Positions 1 to 9,225 of a stretch of 64,000 nucleotides of DNA are shown here, in pieces. The DNA lies in NCBI GenBank assembly GCA_024650005.2, contig CP122380.1:1088001-1152000 (forward strand). The letters are read 5' to 3'. The position numbers and the translations under genes are program-made. Each line of letters starts with the position of its first letter. Position 1 is the stretch's first letter. The notes under the pieces are model-generated. The model saw only the letters and a list, made by a program, of their open reading frames with translations, was not told the origin of the DNA and did not search any database. The stretch comes from Candidatus Bathyarchaeum tardum. GTDB taxonomy: Archaea; Thermoproteota; Bathyarchaeia; Bathyarchaeales; Bathyarchaeaceae.

Positions 1-332
1 TACTAATTCAAACCGCATTTTATCATCCAGCACGCAAAAATCTTAATCTTGAAAAAATTGCTGAGCCTTAAAAGCTTTTCAGTTTTAGATGTACTTCAAT
101 GTATATTTTTTTATTCTTCACAGGGCATATAGACGGTATACTTTACTTTTTGGAGATTTATTTTCGATTTGAAGCAATAATCTAAACGAATGTGTTTTTT
201 TGTTTGATCTTGCATTAAATGACCATACTCAAAAAAACTTATTATAAGTCCCATTTTGAAAACCAACCTTTTGTCAACATTTTCAAATTTAATAGCTGGG
301 ATAGATCGAACTTTAGCAAAGCGGAGAGATGA

Positions 333-434
333 ATGAAACTGATCATTTTTATTGATAAGCTAGTTGTTTGCCTAATTCAGATTAAAATAAGCGGGCTACT
401 CCACGCTATGCGTGGGGTTGGAAGGAACCCGTAA
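333..434 (+). CDS. candidate small ORF (33 aa, MKLIIFIDKLVVCLIQIKISGLLHAMRGVGRNP)
   Basis: Read manually. ATG at 333 follows GGAGAG (323-328), a TATA-like TTTAATA lies at ~288-294, and a hairpin plus T-run follows the stop. Too short for the ORF track. Confidence 0.35.
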   Translation: MKLIIFIDKLVVCLIQIKISGLLHAMRGVGRNP

Positions 435-445
435 AATAAACGGGA

Positions 446-465
446 GGGAATTTTTTCCCTTTTTT
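446..465. terminator. hairpin/oligo-T terminator between convergent units
   Basis: AGGGAA-TTT-TTCCCT followed by a T-run on the + strand, abutting the stop codon of the 464..688 gene. Confidence 0.5.
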
Positions 466-688
466 ACTCAGTAGATTTGCTTAGGTATACCCAGATTACT
501 ACAAAGAATGTAGTTATCAGAGCTCCCGCCATCCCTGAGATAAGCCATTCTGCTGAGAAGATCAAAGGGAAGTTAGCTACTAACCATGGCCACAATGTAT
601 GGAAACCAATGTTAGCTACTATTCCGCCTACGAAACCCAACAGAGCAAATATTCCCAGTATTTTTACTCTATCATTCATTCGTTTCAC
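464..688 (-). CDS. small two-TM membrane protein, function unknown
   Basis: 74 aa with two hydrophobic Gly-rich segments; divergent from the cdv cluster. Confidence 0.75.
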   Translation of the reverse strand: MKRMNDRVKILGIFALLGFVGGIVANIGFHTLWPWLVANFPLIFSAEWLISGMAGALITTFFVVIWVYLSKSTE

Positions 689-905
689 CGTGTTTTTAAC
701 TGTTATTTCTTCGTGCTTTTGAGTCTAACTTACATAAAACTGTCTATTTTAGTATATAGACCCTGTCTCTCTTGTAATCTTAGATTTAAAGCTCAAAACA
801 GTCCTAGAACGGTCATAGTATGTCTGGTATATATGTAGATAATCTTTGCATGTTAACAATGTAATAATACGGTATAAACACACCTGCTTGCCTGAGGAAT
901 TAAGT

Positions 906-1559
906 ATGTCTGAAAAATTTGCCAAAAAATGGGGAGAAGGAGTAGATGACACTCCTCTCAGTAATAAGATTAAGGACGCAGTTCGTCCTCCAGGTCCTTT
1001 GAAACCAAGATTAGATTTTGCAGTAAAACGAATGGAAATGCAGATACAGAAACTCGACAAAGCTGCAGACCGATTCAGTGACCGTGACAAAGCAATCTTC
1101 CAAAAGATTGTTAACGCTTACACAAAACATGACATGGCTCGAGCTAACGTCTTCGCTAACGAATTAGCTGAAATCCGAAAAATGGAAAAAATGATTATGC
1201 ACTCTAGGCTTGCTCTAGAACAGATAGTTCTACGACTTAGCACAGTTTCTGAACTTGGTGATGTTGTCAGCACATTGGCTCCAGCTGTAAACGTTCTACG
1301 CAATGTAAAAACTGGAATGGGTTCAGTATTCCCTGAAGCAGAACGCGAAATCGGAAGCATTGGCAACCTGCTTAGTGGAATTATAATGGATGCAGGCTAC
1401 AACTCTGGAATGAACATTGACTTCCAGACCGCAGGCGACGATGCACAAAACATCTTGAATGAAGCAGCCACTGTTGCAGAACAAAAAGTCAAAGAAAAGT
1501 TCCCTGACCTACCTACTGGAATGCCTTCATTTGGGCAATCCCTGCAGAGCGAATCATAA
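906..1559 (+). CDS. ESCRT-III/Snf7-family protein (CdvB1/B2-like paralog)
   Basis: Snf7 core (RDKAIFQKIV...ARANVFANELAEIRK...LEQIVLRLSTV) and C-terminal MIM2-like FPDLP. Start moved to the ATG at 906. Confidence 0.9.
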   Translation: MSEKFAKKWGEGVDDTPLSNKIKDAVRPPGPLKPRLDFAVKRMEMQIQKLDKAADRFSDRDKAIFQKIVNAYTKHDMARANVFANELAEIRKMEKMIMHSRLALEQIVLRLSTVSELGDVVSTLAPAVNVLRNVKTGMGSVFPEAEREIGSIGNLLSGIIMDAGYNSGMNIDFQTAGDDAQNILNEAATVAEQKVKEKFPDLPTGMPSFGQSLQSES

Positions 1560-1605
1560 GCTCTGCACCAACCTAGGTATGCATGGATAATAAGGAGGTG
1601 ACACT

Positions 1606-2361
1606 GTGTCTAAACCTATTTCCAACCCTTTTCTTTTTGTTGGCAACCAAATAAAGGATGAATACGGAAGGCAAATCGGTCGAATTGCATCTTTCAAGAT
1701 AGCACCTACTGGTAGGATAGATGGCGTCTTTGTTGAACACGGTGACGGAGAATTCCTAAGTTACTCTAGTGACCAAATCAAAATGGACAATGGAACCTTA
1801 GTTGTTTCTCCATCAATCAAACTAAGTGCAAACTCAATCTGTCAAGAAATTCCATTAATCTGGAGAAAAGACAAAGCACTAAACGACCTTGTAGCAAAGA
1901 AAAAAATCCCAGCCGAAATGTATGATGATCTACATTCAACATTTGAAGGGGCACTAAACGAACTCAACGAAAAAGCAACTGATCTAATTGGAGAAATAGA
2001 CAACGAAATAGATCGTTGCAACACACAAATTCACGAACTACACTCAGCATTGATTAATCTCGAAATCGAACGTGAAATTGGCAGATTAACTGCCGAATCT
2101 TACGACAAGGCTTTGAGGATAATTCAATGGGGACTAAAAGGCGCTAACGCAGAAAAACAAGATCTCGAACTCGTAAAAAGTAAACTTGACAATTTGCTTA
2201 TCGGCGAAAAAACTAAATCAACACCATCTGAAGAATTACAACTAAACACTCATGAACCAACAGAAACTTCAAAACCTCAGCCATCAGCTGATATTGCTCA
2301 TAATCTTCCTGAACCCCCAGTAATCATCCATGTTCGGAACCCCAACAAACAAACTTCCTAA
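1606..2361 (+). CDS. cdvA: CdvA-like cell division protein
   Basis: N-terminal PRC-barrel-like segment (IKDEYGRQIGRI), long coiled coil, C-terminal PPVIIHV tail. GTG start after AGGAGGTGA; lies between ESCRT-III genes. Confidence 0.85.
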   Translation: MSKPISNPFLFVGNQIKDEYGRQIGRIASFKIAPTGRIDGVFVEHGDGEFLSYSSDQIKMDNGTLVVSPSIKLSANSICQEIPLIWRKDKALNDLVAKKKIPAEMYDDLHSTFEGALNELNEKATDLIGEIDNEIDRCNTQIHELHSALINLEIEREIGRLTAESYDKALRIIQWGLKGANAEKQDLELVKSKLDNLLIGEKTKSTPSEELQLNTHEPTETSKPQPSADIAHNLPEPPVIIHVRNPNKQTS

Positions 2362-2389
2362 CCTTTTTTAGATCTGTGAGGGAATATCG

Positions 2390-3268
2390 ATAAAAAACCC
2401 TTTTCGCTCTTCTCCTCAATTTGAGAAGATAGTTGTTGAAGCAGTACCAAAACTTAAAGCTCAACAGCTTCGACTGGGCCAAGTTGTTATTAAACTTACA
2501 CGAAGAGACAAAATTCTCTTCAAAACTTGTGCGTCAGCATTACAAGCTAAAAATACTGAACGAGCAGCGATTTTCGCTACTGAACTTGCTGAGTTACGAA
2601 AACTTACCAAAGTAATCTACCATACTCAGATACTTGTGGAACGAATAATCTTACGGCTAGAAACGCTCAAAGAATTCAACGCAGCATTTTCTGATCTTAA
2701 ACCAGTTCTCCATAATTTACAATCAGTAACAAAAGGTCTAAGTGCATTCATGCCCCAAATGGCCGTCGAAATGGAAAGGGTTAACGAAACAATCTTTGAG
2801 GTCATGACAATGTCCAAAATAGACTCTGCAAAAATGGAAGTGCATACTGATGTAAAAACTGAAGGCGGTCAAGAAGTTCTCGAAGAAGTCGCAGAGTTCT
2901 TGGAGGAACAAATAACAGATAAACTTCCAGCACCTCCAACATCGCCAGTCATTGCAACCCCTCAACCACAGCCTCAACAGCAACGAGTAGAACAAAGACA
3001 ATTAGTTGCCCTCACAGCTTCTGGGTCCGAAGATTCTGAACCTGAATTTTTCCCAGGTTTTGCAACCTTCAAAGAAATCGAAACGGAAACTATTACTTGG
3101 TCAGCTACTAAAGATGACCTAGAAGAGTCTGTTTTGGAGTATGCAAAACGTAAAGCAGGCAACCTTGACATTGGTGAATGTGCCAATGACTTGAATGTTG
3201 CATACGGGGAAATTGAAAAAGCTTTAGAAACTCTGGGCGTAAAAGGTAAAATCAAGATTGCGTCGTGA
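2390..3268 (+). CDS. cdvB: CdvB, ESCRT-III with C-terminal winged-helix-like domain (non-canonical start inferred)
   Basis: Frame is open from 2372 and encodes Snf7 helices (RRDKILFKTC...ERAAIFATELAELRK) upstream of the track start at 2636. MIM2-like KLPAPP and a C-terminal wH follow. The ATA start is inferred. Confidence 0.82.
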   Translation: MKNPFRSSPQFEKIVVEAVPKLKAQQLRLGQVVIKLTRRDKILFKTCASALQAKNTERAAIFATELAELRKLTKVIYHTQILVERIILRLETLKEFNAAFSDLKPVLHNLQSVTKGLSAFMPQMAVEMERVNETIFEVMTMSKIDSAKMEVHTDVKTEGGQEVLEEVAEFLEEQITDKLPAPPTSPVIATPQPQPQQQRVEQRQLVALTASGSEDSEPEFFPGFATFKEIETETITWSATKDDLEESVLEYAKRKAGNLDIGECANDLNVAYGEIEKALETLGVKGKIKIAS

Positions 3269-3273
3269 TTCAC

Positions 3274-4476
3274 ATGAGTGCTTCTGAGGAACTTGAACAA
3301 GCTGCAACAAAATACGCTTTAGAAGCTGTCCGTCTTGACAATCAAGGCTCCAAAGGCATGGCGATTACCATGTACCAAAAGGGTATCTCAACTCTTTTGA
3401 AACTTGTAAGGTTATATCCGAATTATGGCTTAAACTCTGTTTACATTCAACGCGCACAGGCTTATCAAGAACGCATAAAAGCCCTGCAAGGTGGTGCACC
3501 TGTTCAGCCAATTAACAATTATGTTCAGCCGCAGCACGACCGAACTGAAGAAATGCCAAAGGGTCCTGCAGAACCTTCTGGACCTAGTGCACCAGAAGAT
3601 AAGTCAAGCTATGATGAACTAGTGCTTCAAGAAAAACCCAATGTAAAATGGGATGAAGTAGTTGGTTTAGAAATCGCCAAAAAAGCAATCAAAGAAGCTA
3701 TAGTATACCCTGTTGAACGACCTGACCTGTTTCCCTTAGGATGGCCTCGAGGAATTCTTCTGTTTGGTCCTCCTGGTTGTGGTAAAACTTTGCTAGCTGC
3801 TGCTGTGGCAACAGAAATTGATGGCGCGTTCGTTTCAGTAGATGCTGCATCAGTCATGTCAAAATGGTTAGGTGAAGCAGAACGAAACGTAGCTAAATTG
3901 TTCAACCAAGCACGAAACACTGCAAAGAATGGTCGCCCTGCTATATTGTTTATCGACGAATTAGACTCATTGATTGGTATGCATTCCAACGAAGTGGGTG
4001 GAGAAACCCGAGTTCGTAACCAATTCCTCAAAGAAATGGATGGAGTCATGGACAAGGGTAAAAAATTACACGTTTACGTTATTGGTGCAACCAACAAACC
4101 ATGGGCTCTAGACTGGCCCTTCATTCGAAGATTCCAAAAACGAATCATGGTTCCCCTGCCTGATTACGATGCCCGACTACACCTGCTTAACCTATATACA
4201 AAACATCTGAACCTCTCATCGAAAATTGACCTTGACGAATTTGCACGATTAGCTGCTGGTTTCTCTGGCAGTGACATACGTGACATCTGCCAATCTGCAC
4301 ATCTGCGGGTTATTGGAGAACTATTTGATTCTGGCAAAGCAAGCGACAAACATGCAAAACCTCGACCTCTTTCAATTGAAGACTTTAAGAATATATTGGC
4401 TGACAGAAAGCCCAGCGTATCACCTAGGGTTCTTTCAACATACAAAGAATGGTCTGAAGCCTTCAAAGCGCTTTAA
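3274..4476 (+). CDS. cdvC: Vps4/CdvC AAA+ ATPase with MIT domain
   Basis: N-terminal MIT domain (YALEAVRLD...AITMYQKGI), Walker A GPPGCGKT, Walker B ILFIDELD, second region of homology with RRFQKR. Confidence 0.95.
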   Translation: MSASEELEQAATKYALEAVRLDNQGSKGMAITMYQKGISTLLKLVRLYPNYGLNSVYIQRAQAYQERIKALQGGAPVQPINNYVQPQHDRTEEMPKGPAEPSGPSAPEDKSSYDELVLQEKPNVKWDEVVGLEIAKKAIKEAIVYPVERPDLFPLGWPRGILLFGPPGCGKTLLAAAVATEIDGAFVSVDAASVMSKWLGEAERNVAKLFNQARNTAKNGRPAILFIDELDSLIGMHSNEVGGETRVRNQFLKEMDGVMDKGKKLHVYVIGATNKPWALDWPFIRRFQKRIMVPLPDYDARLHLLNLYTKHLNLSSKIDLDEFARLAAGFSGSDIRDICQSAHLRVIGELFDSGKASDKHAKPRPLSIEDFKNILADRKPSVSPRVLSTYKEWSEAFKAL

Positions 4477-4479
4477 AAC

Positions 4480-4630
4480 GGAAAGAGGGGCAACAAACTA
4501 CTAGTGCTCTTGGAAAGATTCAGAGTTTTGACAATTCCTCTAGACTCTGTTGAGAATCTCTTTCTCTCCACAAGACAAAGGTTTACGCTCTGAATCCCAG
4601 AACGGCACAAAGTTTGATTGCCTCTTGCCA
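4480..4630. ncRNA. candidate rod-like structured RNA downstream of cdvC
   Basis: Nested complementary blocks: GGGGCAA/TTGCCTC, CAAACT/AGTTTG, GTGC/GCAC, TCTTGG/CCAGA, GATTCAGAG/CTCTGAATC. Confidence 0.5.
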
Positions 4631-4729
4631 ATAGCTTAATGCTAAACAAAGCATCTCTTCCCCCTTTTTATTTTTTTAGTAATTTAATTTTGAAATCATT
4701 TAATGCTTTTTTATAAGTCTTACAAATTT

Positions 4730-6229
4730 TTATTTTTCTTTTGAATTTCTTAGAATTTTTATGTCTTCTTGAGTGAGGTATCCAGAATAATATACCATAA
4801 CTCCATAAATTGCAACACTTACTGCTGTTCCCGCAATAAGAAACAACAAGTTATTTTTTGGGAAAAGTAAAAGAATTGCTGCCATAATAATTGCTGCCAT
4901 TACTACTTTTGGGATTCCTGAATAAACATCAACTTTCAGGTTTCGGTGAATAAAATAAGGAATTAAAACCAATGCTGTTACTCCTGTACATGTCAAAGAA
5001 ATTGCTGCACCGTTTAGACCAAATATTGGCACAAAAACAAACAGTAAAACAAGATATTGCGTAGCTGCAACTGCAAGTAATGTTCCAGATAGTTTGGGTT
5101 TTCCAATACCAATTAGTATTGACGTCAATGTTTTTCCAAACATAAGAAGGAATGTTCCAACAATTAGAATCTGCAGTGGAACAACGGCACCTTGGACTTC
5201 AATACCGTATAGTCCTACAACAATCGGTTCAGCTAACGCAAAAATTATTACAGTTAATGGCAATCCCAATAGTAATGGATATTTTATTGAAATTTTTACG
5301 TATTTTTCCAGTAACACATTATCTTTTCTTGTCCATGCTTCAGACACTGAAGAAATTATGGGCAATGCGAATGCAGTCATCATGAACATAATACTGGATA
5401 TTGTGTCTGCAACACTGTAAATTCCTACATCCGTAATATCAAAAAACAGATTAAGTAACGGTATGTCCAGACTTTTCATTACCATAAAGGATATTTTACC
5501 AATAGATATCGAAAAACCAAAAACTAGTGTCTTTTTAAAATCTTTTACATCTTGAAATATTGAATCCTTGATTTTCCTGTTTTTAAAGTATTCAACATTA
5601 TACATGAACAAATTCTTCAGGTATGGTCTCAAAAAAAACATGCAGACAATTAACTGGGAAATGGGATTGAAAATTACTAGAATCGGCAATAATTCCTGGG
5701 GCATATTCAATAGAGTAAATATTATGCCAATTATCGAAACAGCGTAAAACCCAAAAGACTGGGTTATGGAAAGTTGCTTGCTATTATGTAATGACCCACT
5801 TATGGCTGCAAGGGCGTCTTTTGTTCCAGAGAACAGAAACGCGACACCCAATGAAAGAACTATTGTACGGTAGATTACATCTGATATTTGAAATGACAAA
5901 AATGTCAATAAAATAAAAATTATTACACTTATTGAAGTTAAGTATCTGACGTGCTTTGCAAAGTATTGTGAAATGTTTTCTTTGTTTTGTGTTAAATGGC
6001 ATGTACCAAAATGGATTAGACCCTCAAACAGTCCACCAAAAATTAGTGCCCACATGAAATCAAACATTGAATATGCTGTATTGAATAATCCAAATCCCGC
6101 GGGACCATAGTAGTTTGTGATTTGAATTCCCAAAAAAAACCAAAAAACTCCACTGAGAATCATGAGGCCTAAGAACCAAGCTCCACCTGAAATCAGTCTT
6201 TTTGGTCCTGAGTCACTCAAATCTTCCAT
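4730..6229 (-). CDS. oligosaccharide flippase (MOP/Wzx family)
   Basis: About 14 TM segments; YYGPAGFGLF, DVGIYSVA and PIFGLNGAAIS motifs typical of Wzx-like flippases. Confidence 0.85.
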   Translation of the reverse strand: MEDLSDSGPKRLISGGAWFLGLMILSGVFWFFLGIQITNYYGPAGFGLFNTAYSMFDFMWALIFGGLFEGLIHFGTCHLTQNKENISQYFAKHVRYLTSISVIIFILLTFLSFQISDVIYRTIVLSLGVAFLFSGTKDALAAISGSLHNSKQLSITQSFGFYAVSIIGIIFTLLNMPQELLPILVIFNPISQLIVCMFFLRPYLKNLFMYNVEYFKNRKIKDSIFQDVKDFKKTLVFGFSISIGKISFMVMKSLDIPLLNLFFDITDVGIYSVADTISSIMFMMTAFALPIISSVSEAWTRKDNVLLEKYVKISIKYPLLLGLPLTVIIFALAEPIVVGLYGIEVQGAVVPLQILIVGTFLLMFGKTLTSILIGIGKPKLSGTLLAVAATQYLVLLFVFVPIFGLNGAAISLTCTGVTALVLIPYFIHRNLKVDVYSGIPKVVMAAIIMAAILLLFPKNNLLFLIAGTAVSVAIYGVMVYYSGYLTQEDIKILRNSKEK

Positions 6230-6371
6230 CCATTAACTTCTCCATTTGATTAATTTTTTTGCAGGGAATTTACGACCAAACTTTGAATCCTTATGTTTTA
6301 CTCTGATATAAATTGAGCCACAAAAAACGATTTTCAAAATATTTACGAAAGTAATAATAAAATTGTTGATA

Positions 6372-7322
6372 TCATGGTTTGTAACCATTCAAGTTATTTA
6401 GCGCCAATACGGCCTCGATTATGTCTGCAGTTGTTCCCGGACTCAAATCATTTTTTGGATCTCTGAGATTTTTATCAAAATCTAAAAGAAGTTTCTTCCC
6501 GGTTTCGGTTTTTAATCCACCTTTACTTAATACGTTTGCAGCTTGAACTGAAATTTTTTTAGCTTTCTTTTGACCAACTTTTCGGCAAATAAAAGTATCG
6601 GGTACTTGTGCAAGAACCTTCAAAAAAGCATGAACTGTAGCTGTGTTCAAGTTTTTAGTCTCTTTGAGCTCTTTAACTAAATGTGGGTAACCTAAATCAA
6701 AAGTGATAGGATAATTGTTTACCCATTCGTACGCTATTGAATCATATGCTGATGCAATTTTAAATGTGTCAAACAACGTAATTTTATCCTCTAAAATTTT
6801 CTTTTTAGAATCAGGGTTTTGAACATCCAATTCTTTAGAATTATTCAACCCCCCTGGGTTAACAAGAGCTATTGCATCATAAACTTGAATCGCATCTTCA
6901 GAAGCAGTTGCTTCAACAACTAACTTAATATTTTTTCGAAGTTTAGTCAACGAAAACGCCTCATTTATCATGCCCGCAGCTGCTGCTATAGGCGCCAGAA
7001 TGATAATTGCACCCAATAAAGTATTACCCCCATTTTGACTAGATAACATCCGGTTAACCGCATCCTTAATTACAAAACCAATGCCAATTTCGGAGCAATC
7101 AATTTCATTGTTCAAAACTTTAATCCCTTGTTCTGCTGCTTTCCTGAAAGATGGGGCTATTGCAACTGCAGATGCTAGATAGTGTTCAAATGTGGTTTCC
7201 GAAAAATCTGCTGTTCTGTGGATGTTTCCAGGTTTTGGATAACCACTTACTTCAAATAAAATGGCGAGTTCTATACAACGAGAAATATAATCAGATTTTT
7301 CTATTATTGGATCTGCGTTCAT
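6372..7322 (-). CDS. citG: triphosphoribosyl-dephospho-CoA synthase (CitG family, archaeal type)
   Basis: EVSGYPKPGNIHR, GGNTLLG, PDTFICRK and LSPGTTAD motifs. Confidence 0.88.
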   Translation of the reverse strand: MNADPIIEKSDYISRCIELAILFEVSGYPKPGNIHRTADFSETTFEHYLASAVAIAPSFRKAAEQGIKVLNNEIDCSEIGIGFVIKDAVNRMLSSQNGGNTLLGAIIILAPIAAAAGMINEAFSLTKLRKNIKLVVEATASEDAIQVYDAIALVNPGGLNNSKELDVQNPDSKKKILEDKITLFDTFKIASAYDSIAYEWVNNYPITFDLGYPHLVKELKETKNLNTATVHAFLKVLAQVPDTFICRKVGQKKAKKISVQAANVLSKGGLKTETGKKLLLDFDKNLRDPKNDLSPGTTADIIEAVLALNNLNGYKP

Positions 7323-7557
7323 GGGATAAAACCTTGAATCTGCAATATCTCGCCAATGGGTAAAATCTAGCTTAAATTAGTTTTTAAATTAATTTTATAA
7401 CTCTTTGTTTGCTCTAATCAATCCAGTTTTTTCAAGTTATATTTTTGTATTGCCCCCCGTTGGAATGCTTAATCCCGTATTTACTGCTATTATTACCATA
7501 AATCTTATCATCTTGAAAAAGGTGATTAATCTAAGATATATCTGGCAGACGGTATCT

Positions 7558-8091
7558 ATGGTTGATTCTGGATGTTCAAAAAAAAATAAATTCAATTTTT
7601 CATTTGGTTTTAGGAGTTCATATAAAATAATCCTTTTAGTGCTCGTCGTTGCAGTACTTTCAATCATTGGATCGAGTTTAGTTTCAATATTGATGTCGAA
7701 TTCTACTACTGATATTTACATTCCTAGTGTTGGAAACATAAAAACTCTTGAAGTTGAAGCATACACAGATTCAGCCTACGCCAACAAAATTGATCAAATT
7801 AGTTGGGACACTTTGGAGCCTGGGAAAACAGTTAACACAACTATATACATTAAAAGTGTCAGTAACGTTGAAATTACTTTGGATATTCATTTAACCGACT
7901 GGGTACCTAGTAATCTATCAAAGTACATAACAATTTCTTGGGATTATGATGGGTCATCTTTGAATCCCCGTGAAGGTATTCCAGTTACTCTCATGTTATC
8001 TGCTTCCTCTTCAGACGATTTTATTTATTACCTAGTAGAAAATGAAGTTCAGAACTTCAATGTTGATGTTCATTTTGTTGGTTCTGCCTAG
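7558..8091 (+). CDS. exported beta-rich protein, paralog of 62775..63239 (TasA-like by inference)
   Basis: N-terminal hydrophobic helix, then WDTLEPG, DWVP and SWDY motifs shared with the paralog. Start moved to the ATG at 7558. Confidence 0.7.
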   Translation: MVDSGCSKKNKFNFSFGFRSSYKIILLVLVVAVLSIIGSSLVSILMSNSTTDIYIPSVGNIKTLEVEAYTDSAYANKIDQISWDTLEPGKTVNTTIYIKSVSNVEITLDIHLTDWVPSNLSKYITISWDYDGSSLNPREGIPVTLMLSASSSDDFIYYLVENEVQNFNVDVHFVGSA

Positions 8092-8656
8092 AACTAAACT
8101 TTAATTTTTGTTCTCTTCATTTTCCTTTTAGTTAATTTAAGCTGGCACAAATCGTTAACTGATTTTTCTTGTATGTAGGAATTTATGAACTATTTTTCCG
8201 TAATATTTCTATTTTTTGAATATTTTTGCTGTTGAAGTAATTGGTATATATTTTCTTGACGCTGAAACAAACGTGGGTAACAATGACATCCAAGCGACTT
8301 TCAAACAAAGAATTTCAAGAATTCCTTCATGCCTTGTTTTCTGATGACAAACTAAAGATAAAATACAATCAACCTGATGCGTGGCGAAAACCCCCAATCA
8401 AAAAGTAAAGAATATTTTTGTTTGTTTGTTTTTTTAAAAAAAAATGTTTTTTGCGTAGTTACTCCGATCTATAAATAAAATATATCTTACATTTGTTCAT
8501 AATGAGTGGGAGGTTTAATGCCCGATTTTGTTTTAATTAGTATAATTGGTTTTAAACCCAATACCTGAATGTGAGGACAACCTTTTTTGTTGTTTTGGTC
8601 TAGCAAACAATAATCTGCAGTTTTGCTTTCATCCATTTGTCTAGATCTTACTCAGT

Positions 8657-9163
8657 TTACCATTTTTCGTAATGAACTAGTTCATCAATATTTTTTCGGT
8701 TTGTAACTGGACCTTTTTTTTCTGCAGGATACCCCAAGGGAGTCATGGCAACAATACGAATGGGCTTTTTAACTCCCAAAACTGTTTTAGCTTTTTTCTC
8801 ATCAAATGCGCATATCCAGCATGTTCCTAAGCCTTCTGCGTGGGCAATCAAGGATATATTTTGCATAATTAAACCGGCATCTACTTTCCAGAATTCTTCT
8901 TTATCTTTTCTTATCCAAGCTTCTTTAGGATTCACACAAACTACAATCATTGCCGGAGCAGACCATTCTTGATATGCAGCTGAACTAAGTTCTTGTATCG
9001 TCTTTTTTTCCGTTACTACAACAAATCCATAAGGCTGACGGTTCGCCGCCGACGGTGCAAAACAAGCAACTTCCAAGACTTTCAAGATTTTTTCATTTTC
9101 TACTGCATCTTCTTTATATTTTCGAATGCTTCGTCTATTTTTTATTGCTTCAAAAAGTTCCAA
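8657..9163 (-). CDS. nitroreductase family protein
   Basis: AIKNRRSIRKY, APSAANRQP and EGLGTCWI motifs. Confidence 0.92.
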   Translation of the reverse strand: MELFEAIKNRRSIRKYKEDAVENEKILKVLEVACFAPSAANRQPYGFVVVTEKKTIQELSSAAYQEWSAPAMIVVCVNPKEAWIRKDKEEFWKVDAGLIMQNISLIAHAEGLGTCWICAFDEKKAKTVLGVKKPIRIVAMTPLGYPAEKKGPVTNRKNIDELVHYEKW

Positions 9164-9225
9164 ACAAAACCCCAACTAAAATATAGGTGTTTGGAAAATA
9201 AAAACCTGTCTAACATACTATTTTT

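Noticed and set aside
326-345. Possible C/D-box sRNA (ATGAATGA...CTGA)
   Set aside because: The boxes are too close together, with no guide regions or terminal stem.
749-4466. Antisense and alternate-frame ORFs over the cdv genes (e.g. 749..1090, 2974..3300, 3627..4055), and similar shadows across the window
   Set aside because: They overlap well-supported genes and show no motifs, as expected for shadow ORFs.
4474-4655. Short ORFs across the post-cdvC region (29 aa on plus; 52 and 23 aa on minus)
   Set aside because: No protein-like features; the nested base-pairing explains the region better.
8100-8650. 62-aa ORF 8209..8397 or a gene remnant in a long intergenic gap
   Set aside because: No recognisable motif or start context; cannot be supported.
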